Positions 48,301 to 61,100 of a stretch of DNA of 64,000 nucleotides are shown here, one piece after another. Origin of the DNA: Octopus bimaculoides (taxonomy: Eukaryota). The stretch is taken from contig NC_068984.1 of NCBI RefSeq assembly GCF_001194135.2, positions 74,922,133-74,986,132 of the forward strand. Direction: 5' to 3'. Position 1 is the stretch's first letter. Each line of letters starts with the position of its first letter. The notes below the pieces were generated by a model that saw only the letters and a list, made by a program, of their open reading frames with translations, had not been told where the DNA came from and made no database searches. Made by a program: the position numbers and the translations under genes.

Positions 48301-51300
48301 ACACACATAGGTATATGCATGTGTGTGCGTGCGTGCATGCATGCACGACTTTCTTCCATTTCTGTCAACCAAATCTACTTCATAAGCCTTTAGTCAGCAT
48401 GAGGCTATAGTAGAAAGTGCCACACTGCAAAACTGAACTCAGAACCATGTGGTTGGGAAGCAAACTTTTTAACATGCAGCCACCCTTGCATTTTTTGTAT
48501 AGATTTCTTTATCTACTGTATGATATATAGGGGTTCCTTCAGTTTCAGTCAACCAAATCCACTCATTAGGCTTTGATCAGCCCAGAGCTATAGAAGAAGT
48601 CACTTGCCCAAGCTGCCACACAGTAAAACTGAACTTGGAACCATGTAATTGGGAGACATGCAGCCACCCTTGTGCTTTTAGTATTGACTTCTTTAAATAT
48701 TTTCTGCAGAAAATAACATTAGCTGGCCTCTAAGACTTTGAGAGAAATACAACTACAAATAAGTGTCATGTTTTATAGTCAATAATGTGCTAGATCTGAA
48801 TTCAATGGCCAAGTCTTCAATAAATTAGCAACACAAATACTGACAATAAATATTCAGCAAACTGCAGATAAGAAAAACATAAGGATATCAAATATTACAA
48901 ATGTTAAAATTCGTTTTACTTGTTCCAATCACATGCTTATTAATGAGGGCACAGAAAAACGGAAAATAATGGTGGAAAGAATATACAACCGAAGTGAATT
49001 CAACAAAGCAACATCAGTGTAAATACTGATTTCTAACGTAGATACAAAAACAAATTTACAAGAGAGGAGTATAATTGATTACAGCTCTTGAGTGGTACTT
49101 AACAGGAAAGCATCTAAGTTACACACATACATGCATGTGCGTGCGCGCGCGCGCACACACACACACATGCATACACACATTTTTGAGCAAATGCATACAT
49201 TGTTTAGAGAGTTAGATTGGCTCTGTGTAAAGCCTTTCCCCAGTTTAAGAAGCTTTATGTACAAGCACTTCATTTTTAACATCCTTATTATACGTTTCAT
49301 ACTGTGGCTGGCTGCAGTGAAAAAAAGCAACACAGTCAATGAAAAATTCCATGACATAATAAAGCCATGTGTCATCAGGGGTGATAAACCATTTTCAAAC
49401 CAGCTGCAAGAGGTATCCATTGTCCTTGCAGGAGTGAAAAGCCACATCTACTCTGCTTTAAGAGAACCACCAGGTGATGGCACTGCTTGAAATCAAGGTG
49501 CAGCCAGGAAGGACATTAAGCCATAGAAATCATGCCAAAGAAGACATTGGAATTTTATACAGTTTTCTGGCTCCTGTTGAACTATCCAATTTAGGCCAGC
49601 ATCAAAAATAGACATTAAATGATGATGATTTATATAAACACTATCTTTTTAGATCTGCTACTAACTACTGAGCCTTCACAAAGGAAAAGAGAGATAGACA
49701 GACAGACAGAAAAATGGAAAATGCCCTACCTATTTGAAGACAATGGAAATATTTACGAAACATTTCATATAATTTTTTTCTTCAATTTTAAGCTAGCTCC
49801 TGTGGAGGGCTCTGCATTGGACCGTGAGCCCAACAATGGCACTTCATGCATTGAGTACATATTAAATTTTATTAAACTTGAACAATATTTTTCAAGCATT
49901 GAACAATTTTCATCAAAACAATGATATAATTTGTCGACTTGGAACTTATTGCAAAGCTGCATGATAAACAACATTTTTTTGTCTTCCCATTCAGGGGTCA
50001 GTACAAATAGCTTGTTTCCCTTAAACAACCAACATATAGCAGGCCATAGGCAACAATAAACTCACCTTTTAAAAGTGCAACAATAATTCTTCTGCCACCA
50101 CTTAATTTAAAGACAATTTGATGTATGTAGGGCCTTACTTTCCAAACAAAAAATTATTTGTAGTAGCTGGTATATATCAAACCCCCTGCTTGTAGTTTCA
50201 AAGAAAATTACACCACTGTCGCTAAACACTATTTTAAAGTGCAATTTTTATGGTTTGGAATTACTCTAAACATATTTGACCATAAAGATTTCAAAATTTA
50301 GTATTTTTTAAGGTAATAATAAAATTAGTCAAATCTATTTTCATGCAGTCGGAGTAGACTAAGTTTCCATAGCTCCGACGGTATAAAAATAGGTCCAACA
50401 AATTTTATTAATATCTGAAAAAAATACTAAGTTTTCAACATTTTTATGGTAGAGAGTTATGAGAGATAATGTATGAGAGAGTGAGTTCAATATGAATTTC
50501 AGTTCCGAACATTAGGAAGCATGTGTTATGGTTAAATTATTTGATACAGTTATAATATTTAGAGAAAGATTTTTTTCAAAATGTTTATCTTCGAAATTAC
50601 TTTTGTAAAAAGTTATAATATTTAGATAAATACTTTTTCAAAGTGTTAGGATTAAGAAAAAACCAAGAATGATGGATAGTAGTAGAGTCATTGAATAGTG
50701 AGAGGTCAGAGGAGTAAAGTTGGAAAAGTGTGACACACTGACACACTGGCATTTGCTTTTGCATTTATTATTATAGATATATGGGTGTGAAGGCAGATGG
50801 CTTAGTGGTAGTCAGCTCATGATCATAAGGTTGTGAGTTCAATTCCCAGCAGCATGTTGAGTCCTTGAGCAAGACACTTTAAGACATGGTACTCCAGTTC
50901 ACTCAGCTGGCAAAAATAAGTAGTACCTGCAATTCAAAGGGGACGGCTTTATCACATTCCGTGTCATGCTGAATCTACCTGAGAACTATTAAAGGTAAGC
51001 ATGTCCGTGGAGTGCACAGCCACTTGCATGTTAACTTCATGAGCAGGCTGTTCCATTGATCAGATCAAATAGAACCCTTGTCATTGTAACTGACAGAGTG
51101 CCATTTATGTATGTATGTATGTATGTATGTACGTACGTACACATACATACGCCTGCATGCATGCATGGGTGAACAAAGTTACAATAAAGTAGCACACAAC
51201 ATGTTTAGTTGCAGTTTTAAATATTTAATAACAGGATGACTTGACTCAAACTCCACTTTACATGGCAAAATCACATTTAAAACCATGCTAATCACTAGCA

Positions 51301-52043
51301 TTAAATGTGTATGCAATAGGTTTATAATTTAACAATAAGTGAATAAACAAATTTGCAATTGATGTAGTACTTTCCAAAAGTCAAAAATATCAGTAAAATG
51401 AAATTAAATTGTAAGAAAATAGAAGAGAANNNNNNNNNNNNNNNNNNNNNNNNNNNNNNNNNNNNNNNNNNNNNNNNNNNNNNNNNNNNNNNNNNNNNNN
51501 NNNNNNNNNNNNNNNNNNNNNNNNNNNNNNNNNNNNNNNNNNNNNNNNNNNNNNNNNNNNNNNNNNNNNNNNNNNNNNNNNNNNNNNNNNNNNNNNNNNN
51601 NNNNNNNNNNNNNNNNNNNNNNNNNNNNNNNNNNNNNNNNNNNNNNNNNNNNNNNNNNNNNNNNNNNNNNNNNNNNNNNNNNNNNNNNNNNNNNNNNNNN
51701 NNNNNNNNNNNNNNNNNNNNNNNNNNNNNNNNNNNNNNNNNNNNNNNNNNNNNNNNNNNNNNNNNNNNNNNNNNNNNNNNNNNNNNNNNNNNNNNNNNNN
51801 NNNNNNNNNNNNNNNNNNNNNNNNNNNNNNNNNNNNNNNNNNNNNNNNNNNNNNNNNNNNNNNNNNNNNNNNNNNNNNNNNNNNNNNNNNNNNNNNNNNN
51901 NNNNNNNNATCGTTTAACGTCTGCTTTCCATGCTAGCATGGGTTGGACAATTTGACTGAGGACTGGTGAAACCGGATGGCAACACCAGGTTCCAATCTGA
52001 TTTGGCAGAGTTTCTACAGCTGGATGCCCTTCCTAACACCAAC

Positions 52044-52083
<40 letters not shown>

Positions 52084-52364
52084 GTGTCTGTGTTTGTTTC
52101 CCCACCATCGCTTGACAACCAATGTTGATGTGTTTACGTTCCTGTAACTTAGCGGTTCAGCAAAAGAGGCTGATAGAATAAGTACTAGGCTTACAAAGAA
52201 TAAGTTCTGGGGTAAATATGTTTGACTAAAGAATAAAAGTAAACAAACAATAAAATAGACACAAAAACAACATAGAAAGGAATGCAGCCGAAAGATACAA
52301 GATATTTTGTTAGGCTTTCTATGGATTCTGAACATTCCATAGTACATATATACTTGTATTATTA

Positions 52365-52395
<31 letters not shown>

Positions 52396-55263
52396 CTTTT
52401 TACTTGTTTCAATCATTGGACTGCAGCCATTCTTGAACACCACCACCTTGAAATGTTTAATCAAAAAGATCAACCCCAGGACTTTTTTTTTTTAATCTTA
52501 TTCTATTCTATCTTTTTTTTTTTTTTGCTAAAATGCCAAGTTATGGGGATGTAAACAAACCAACACCAGTTGTCAAATAGTGGCGGGAGACTAACACAAC
52601 ACAAACTACACACGCACATATATATATATCAACAAAAGATGGGAGGCAGCGTGAAGAGCAACATAACAAGGAAAAGTTTATATATTTCAAAGTCAAATTA
52701 TTATTATTATTATTATCATTATTATTATTATCGTTATTATTATTATCATAGGCGACAAGCTGGCAGAATCATTAGCAGGCCAGGTAAAATGCTTAGCAGC
52801 ATTTTGTCCTTCTTTACATTCTGAGTTTAAACCCCACCATCGTCGACTTTGCCTTTCATCCTTATGGGGTCGATAAATTAAGTACCAGTGAAACACTGGG
52901 GTCATTCTAATCGACTAGTCCCCTCGCATAAATTTCAGGCCTTGTGCCTATAGTAGAAAGGATTATTATTATTAGTAGTAGTAGTAATAATAATATTAGT
53001 AGCAACAGCAGCAGCAGCGGTGATAGCAGCAGTAGTCATTTTGTCATTGCATTACCCATCAAGACTACCAATATCACATTCATAAACTTCCTAATTAAGA
53101 GACTAACAAAAAAAAAAAAAAGAAACCATGATGGATTTAGCGACATAGTTACTAAACACACACACACACACAGTGATTAACATACACACAAACTAATTCC
53201 TATTCTTCCATTTGGTGTTTGAATATACTAATTAAATAAATTGTTGTTATGAGACAAAAAAAAAGCTACATTATCTCCAAACTTGTCTTCTGTGTAAGTT
53301 GGGAATGGCATTCATTGTTTGAAGAATCCAATCTGTTGATTCGCACATAACCACCTGCCAATATCGTATGAGTGTGTGCGTGTCTGTACATATATGTATA
53401 TGTTTTCATGTGTAAGTAGAGCAACTAATCAATAGCATCCAGCTGTGTCCTAAATGTGATCAATATTTATTGACTCTGCTCAACTGATTATTATTATTAT
53501 TATTATGTCAGGCTTTTAATGTCTATCCAGTCAATATGTCATAGACTGAGCCAATTAGAGAGCCTTTACATTATATTACAAGCAAATAGCAACAAAATGT
53601 TCCTGAAGTTATAGCATGTGAACTTGAAAGAAAGAAGCGCACATTAGATAATGTCAAATATCCCAAGTCAGACAGGATGATTGTGGCTGGAATGCCTTTG
53701 ATTATAAGTCTTCTCAATCAGAATTGACAGTGTGGAGTTAACCAACAACAACATCATCATCATCATCGTTTAACGTCCGCTTTCCATGCTAGCATGGGTT
53801 GGACGATTTGACTGAGGACTGGTGAAACCGGATGGCAACACCAGGCTCCAGTCCGATTTGGCAGAGTTTCTACAGCTGGATGCCCTTCCTAACGCCAACC
53901 ACTCAGAGAGTGTAGTGGGTGCTTTTACGTGTCACCCGCACGAAAACGGCCACGCTNNNNNNNNNNNNNNNNNNNNNNNNNNNNNNNNNNNNNNNNNNNN
54001 NNNNNNNNNNNNNNNNNNNNNNNNNNNNNNNNNNNNNNNNNNNNNNNNNNNNNNNNNNNNNNNNNNNNNCCATTCTCACCACATGTCCATACCAGCGCAA
54101 TCGTCTCTCTTGCACGCCACAACTGATGCTTCTAATGTTCAGCTTTTCTCTCAAGATACTTACACTCTGACGGGTATTCACATTGACATTACACATCCAA
54201 CGGAGCATACTGGCTTCATTCCTTGCGAGCTTACGTATGTCCTCAGCAGTTACAGCCCATGTTTCACTGCCATGTAGCATGGTTGTTCGTACGCATGCGT
54301 CATACAGTCTGCCTTTTACTCTGAGTGAGAGTCCCTTTGTCGCCAGCAGGGGTAAGAGCTCTCTAAACATGTTATGGATTATAATCTATTTTGTCCTTAC
54401 TGTACGATAACTATCTGATCTATTCAGCTGTGCTGTACAGATTCTGGTCTATCTTGACCAAATCTACTGAATAATATTTATCAAGCTATACAGCATTGAT
54501 GAACATTGATACTCAACCAATTTTTGCTTATGAACCCTCTTGATTCTTGTATTACATGAGTGGACCTTCATAATCATTCAATGTTTAAAAATATCCAATT
54601 ATATTTTTATAATTGGCACTCTGTCGGTTACGGTGGCAAGTGTTCCCATTGATGAGATCAATGGAACAGCCTATTCCTGAAATTAATGTGCAAGTGGCTG
54701 AGCACTCCTAGACACGTGTACCCTTAATGTAGTTCCCAGGGGAGATTCAGCACGATACAGAATGTGACAAGGCTGGTCCTTTTGAAATACTGATACATCT
54801 CATTTTTGCTAGCTGATTTTTATGATATTTTTAGGAATTCTATACAAAAACTTGTTAGGGATCATATTAAAAAAGCTGTTAAAATACTTTATGTATTGTA
54901 GAAATATAATCAGTTTATTTTATTCTTTTACTTGTTTCAGTCATTTGGCTGCAGCCATGCTGGAGCACCACCTTTAGTCGAGCAAATCAACCCCAGGACT
55001 TATTCTAGTATTTATTCCATTGGTCTCTTTTGCCGAACTGCTAAGTTACAGGGACGTAAACACATCAGCATCGGTTGTCAAGCAATGTTGGGGGGACAAA
55101 CACAGACACAAACATATGCGCACACACACACGCACACACATATATATATATGTATTTATTATTTATTTTTCTGGAGAACATCATTATTTTTCTTTGTGAT
55201 TGAGTCGTTGATGACCTCTTTCTAGCATATTGGAGGTCCACCTAGTGGTCATCCCTTATACAC

Positions 55264-55305
<42 letters not shown>

Positions 55306-57187
55306 GACAGGCTTCTTTCAATTTCTGTCTACTAAATCCATTCACAATACTTTGGTTAGCCCAAGGTTGTAGCAGAAGACACTTGCCCAAGGTGCTACAC
55401 AGTGGGACTGAAACCAGAACCATATGGTTGGTAAACAAGCTACTTACCACACAGCCACTCCTGCACATAAACTTTAACAACAAAATATTATATGGAACCC
55501 CTAAGGGTCATATGGACCCTGGTTGAGAATTTCTGGTATAGACTGTGGTATGCTTGTTAAGGGGAGTATGGACATTATTCAATATCTACAGGCCAATTTA
55601 AGGTGGCAAGCTGACAGAAGTGTTACCATGCTGGACAAAATGCATAACAGCATTTCTTCTGCTTTGACATTCTGAGTTCAAATGCTGCTGAGGTTGACTT
55701 TGTTTTTCACCTTTTCGGGGTCAGTAAAAGAAGTACCTGTTGTGCATTGTGGTCAATATAATTGACTTAAGACCTCCATCAGTTGAGGCTGATCATATTT
55801 CAGCACAATTAGGAACAGGTCTGGGCAAGTGTTTTGAAAGAGGATGGCAGTCATCCATACATGCAAGACTCCCCCGTCTCCACACCATCAATGTTTAACC
55901 AAAAGGAAGAGTTAGCATGCTGGACAAAGTGCTTAGCAGGAATTCATCCATCTTTACGTTTTGTGTTCAAATTTTGCTGTCAGGGGTTGATGAAATAAGT
56001 ACCAGCTGAGAACTAGAATCGAAATTGAAGGCCTTGTGCTAAAACTGGAAACCAATAGTGAGGGGTTGCAAGCAGGCAGAACTGTTACTGCACCAAGCAA
56101 AATGCTTAGCGTCATTTTGCCTGTCTTCATATTCTGAGTTCAAATTCCATCAAGGTTCACTTTACCTTTTATCCTTTCAGGGTCAATAAATTAAGTACCA
56201 GTTGAACACTAGAGAGGATTTAATCATCTTAGCCCCCTCCCCCAATATTGCAGGCCTTGTGCCAAAATTAGGAACTGAAGTTAATCCATAAGAAAGGTTG
56301 GTGATTTCAGCCCATACACCTTGGCACATAAATTGTTGTGACAGGTGTTGCAGGCAGAACACAATGAAAAGGAATAGATACCACAAAGTATCCTACCCAA
56401 ACCTCAACCAGTTCTGCCAATCCACCACCCTGGATTGTTAATTTCTTATCTATCCCAAAACAATGAAAGACAAAATTAACCACAGAGAGATTTGAACTCA
56501 AAGAACAGACAGTCAGAACAACTATCATAACATGTTCTACTATCTACAAACTACATACTGTCTCTCATCTCTCTCATTGTAGGAAGCATATATAAACAAT
56601 AGCTACCTTCACATTATAACCTTATTAAATCATATGACCAAAAATATGTGACAATCCCATATTGGACAAGAATAGACAGAAATGATTTTTTAGTAGAGTT
56701 CATGTTATCAGCAATGCCAGCATCAAAAAGGTCATCAGTTCAAAACTTTTGTGATAACTCAGAAGATTCTAGATTTGTATTCTTATGACTTAGACTATAG
56801 AACTTTGGTACATCATAATAAACATTGTGTTCATAATCCTTCAATGTGTTTATACTAGGATATAATACATACACACACACGCATGCATGCATATACATCA
56901 TCATCATCATATCCGTCTTTAACATTTGTTTTCCATGCTGGTATTGGGTGAACAGGAAATAATGAAAATGGTGAACATGTATATACATATATATAATGCA
57001 TGTGTATGTGTATTATAACTGAGTGGTTGGCGTTAGGAAGGGCATCCAGCTGTAGAAACTCTGCCAAATTAGACTGGAGCCTGGTGTTGCCATCCGGTTT
57101 CACCAGTCCTCAGTCAAATCGTCCAACCCATGCTAGCATGGAAAGCGGACGTTAAACGATGATGATGATGATGATGATGTATAAATG

Positions 57188-57242
<55 letters not shown>

Positions 57243-58038
57243 ATAATAAGATTCCTTGGATGGAATATATAAATATTTTAATGCATCACTTTGTGCATTT
57301 CCACAAATCACATATTTTTTAAGATCATAGTCCATTACAGACTGCACTGTAATCATCCCAGGAATATGGACTACGATCTTTAGAAAAGTGTGATTTGTGG
57401 AAATGCTTGTAGTGATGCATTAAAATATTTATAAATTCCATCCAAGGATTATTATTATCATTATCATTATATTTATCATACATTATATCAGCACAGCTTG
57501 GTGCAACTCCAAAACACTGGTATCTCCAGCTGGCATCAATAGGCTGTAACCGACATACTAAAATAGCTTTTTTATATGCATATTCAAAACATTTCCCATA
57601 AACGAACTTAAAGGATATATATACATATAAATATATATTCAGTGCATGTGTATTTCTTTACTATTGTTTTTTTTTTTTCAACACAGATATTCATCATGGA
57701 CTTACTGCAGGGTAACATGACCAAATCTTCTAAGATACTGAGTCATTTTTTTGTGAGGGAGATATGTGTACATGCATGCAAGCAAAATCTGAGTCCAAAG
57801 TAACATTCAGTAAATATGTAGTATAGTTGCATGCAGTTCATTTCATCCCATCCCCATTTGTTTTTCGTTTGTGTGTGTTTGTATGTATCTGTAAAAAAAA
57901 AGACTGTGATTTGTCTAGAGCAAATTAGAGTTGAACTATTTGAGAGTCAGGAGAAAAAAAAGAAAACTTACCTTTTCTGCTTCATCATTTCTACCTAACA
58001 AACTGTAGACAATTCCAAGATTCAGGTAAGCCACTGTA

Positions 58039-58116
<78 letters not shown>

Positions 58117-61100
58117 TCAAATAATAGTGCTCCTGGGAACCGCTTATATCCTAAGAAAAATATTGTCAATATGATTCCAAAAACATTTTAATCTGTGAAT
58201 ATTATCAAAAGTACTATTAAATGTACATAACAGTAAACACCTTTTACTGTCATTTTAAGATCACACTTATCATCTTATCATCAAATTACTTTTAAAACAA
58301 ACTTAATTTTCTTATGTTTTGACAGACACTCTCTAGAACAATATTCTGTGCCAAACCAAAAATATGGTACCCTAGTCACAATACCAACTTCTAACTTGTC
58401 TCTGGAGGTCTCTGGGTAAGACTTGGAGTCAACTTGTACAAATACAAAGCAAAAGCCAAATATATAATGATGCTGATGATGATGATAATAATAATAATAA
58501 TAATAATAATTTGTTCTTTTATTGGCCACAAGGGCTAATATAACTATACATAAAACAACATGCAATAACATAAAAGACAACACAAGACAATACAAAGGGT
58601 TTTACTGTGTGTAAACAATAAAAGCAATCAAAGTTAAACAATATAAAACTCATAAAAGAGAAGGCACTCTCAGGCTACTCATGGAAAACCCACAAAAACC
58701 ACAGGTGCCTGACCAACCAGGCAAGAGCCCTTCTCCTTTTATTTCTTCACAGGTGTATACTCAGAATTGGTCCTTTCACACTGGCCTTTCTTCCAACATT
58801 CACCCACCTTTCAATAAACTTGCTAGAAGATAACACTTCCCTCTTCACTCTCAATTTCCTTTTGAAGTGAAACTTGAAGAAGTCAATGAGAGCTCTATCA
58901 AACAACAATGTATCTCTCCTCATGCCTTTCAGCCTTGTCCAATAATGATAATGAAGATTATCTATGGAACATAATACTGTAGTGATATGGAACTGGATAG
59001 CCTAGTCTAGTCTGTGCAGATTTTCTCCAATGATATTAAGATGGAGTTTGGGCTCCTAAAATGTGCTACGATGGTGATGAGCTGAGGAAAGCTTATCAGA
59101 ACAGAAGGCATAGGTTTTCCAAGTGGTGAGATGATGAAGGCAATTCAACCTCAATCCAGCTATAAATACCTGAAAATACTTGAGGCAGATGGAATTAAAC
59201 ATAGCATGAAGGAAAAGACAAAAAGAAAGTACCTTCAGCAAGTGAGAAAAATACAGGCTTTACAGCTGAATGCTAGAAACGATTTCAGCAATAAACTCAC
59301 ACACAGTAGCAGTAGTTCGGTATAGCACTGGAATTCTGAAGTGGACAGAGGAGAAGCAAAAGGAGACAGGAAGTCAAGAAAGCTCCTAACAATGCATGGA
59401 GCCCATCATCCATGTGTAGACACTGATCGTCCATACATGAAAAGAGCAACTTGAGGAAGAGGACTGATAAGTCCAGAAGAGCTTAATGAGATACCTAGTC
59501 CAAAGTAAAGAGACCTTGCTAGTGTCAGTTTGGAATGAAGGAGTATTGAAAGCAGAATAAAAAAGGAAAGATGAAGGAAGAAGTACACAAAGGACATGAA
59601 GAAGAATTGCACAGCAAGGGACTACACAATCAATTCCATGTAGCCACAACAGAAGCTGCTGGGAAAATATAGGTGGGATTGGCTGAAGAAAAGAACACTA
59701 AAAAAAGAGACCAAGAGCACTATACTGGCAGTGCAAGACCAAGCTTTGGCTATAAACTGGAGGGTCAACTTTTGGAATGAGCAAGTGTCTCCACTGTGCC
59801 ACATTTGTAATAGAGTGAATCAAACCATTGCCCATATCACAAACGAATGCCCTAGACTTTCCCCAAACCACTACAAGTTGTGGCAACATGATCAGGTAGC
59901 AAAAGTGCTACATTGGAAACTGTGCAAAAAGTGGGGGGGGGGCTAGAGAGAGGCAAGATGTGACATGAGTACAAAACACAGAGAGTGGCAAAGATAGAGA
60001 CTAGCAAAATCTTCTGGGATTTCCCAATCTAAACATATCAGGTGCTAGAGCATAACAGACCAGACCTAATGGTGGTTAACAAGATGCACCACATGCTATG
60101 CTCCTTTGACCCACACATACTCAAGAAGGAAGATGAAAAACTAGATAAATACAACCCTCTTAAATACGAAATAGCCCAGCTATGGAAAATGAAGGTGAAG
60201 ATAGTGCCAATTGTTGGGTCTTTGGGGACATTATCAGAAGGCATCAAGAGGAATATTAAGGAAATTGGAATAGAGTGCCAGTAGAACTGTTACAAAAGGT
60301 TTGCTTCCTTGGCACGGCCAGAATAATCCAGAAAGTATTAGATAGCTGAAAAGAATGGATAGCATGGTGCCGTAGGCTGCAGGTAGCAAGCCCACTGTAC
60401 ATGCAAGAATCCAGGAGTTCCAACAAAACCAGTGATAAAAAGAAATAATAATAATAACAACAACAACAACAATAATAATAATAAAAGGAACTACTTGAGA
60501 ATGATCGCTGGCTTATCATCCCTGCAAGTGGAAACAATTGTTTTAACTGGTACATCTCGCATATGGAGAAGAACATTGTTAGTGTGAGAACAATTATTAC
60601 CCAAGTATTTAAATTTTTTTCTCACATGACATTTAATTTTGAAAATAAACAATCTGATGTGTTTAGTTTAATAGCCTAGCAATGTATATAGTGGGCTTCT
60701 TTGCCCTAGGGGTTGGGAAGACACTCCGTAAGAAATGGAAACAAAACTGAACGGAAAAAAAAATCTCATAATAGTAATCTCTATTAAATCCTACTCTACT
60801 ATCTTGAAACAAGAAGGACATACTGTATGATGTAATCCTAGTTGCACTTAGGGTAGAATAGTCACATTTGGAACAACTCTGATCACAGGTCTACTAAATC
60901 AAGCTTGACATAGGTTCTGAACCACAACAGCAACTAAATTATAACAAAATCTAAAATAACTGGAAAATAACTTAGTAAACCAAGAACTTACCTTTTACTT
61001 CATAACATTCCTTTCTACTATAGGCACAAGGCACGAATTTTAGTGGGGAGGGGTCAGTCGATTAGATCAACTCCAGTACGCAACTGGTACTTAAGTTATC

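Noticed and set aside
50310-50780. Imperfect hairpin plus a Helitron-like 5' end (atctataataataaatgc, reverse strand)
   Set aside because: No matching CTRR 3' end found; too little to call.
53822-57103. Recurring ORF MKPDGNTRLQSxLAEFLQLDALPNANHS
   Set aside because: Antisense translation of the RTE 3' UTR repeated in several copies; not a gene family.
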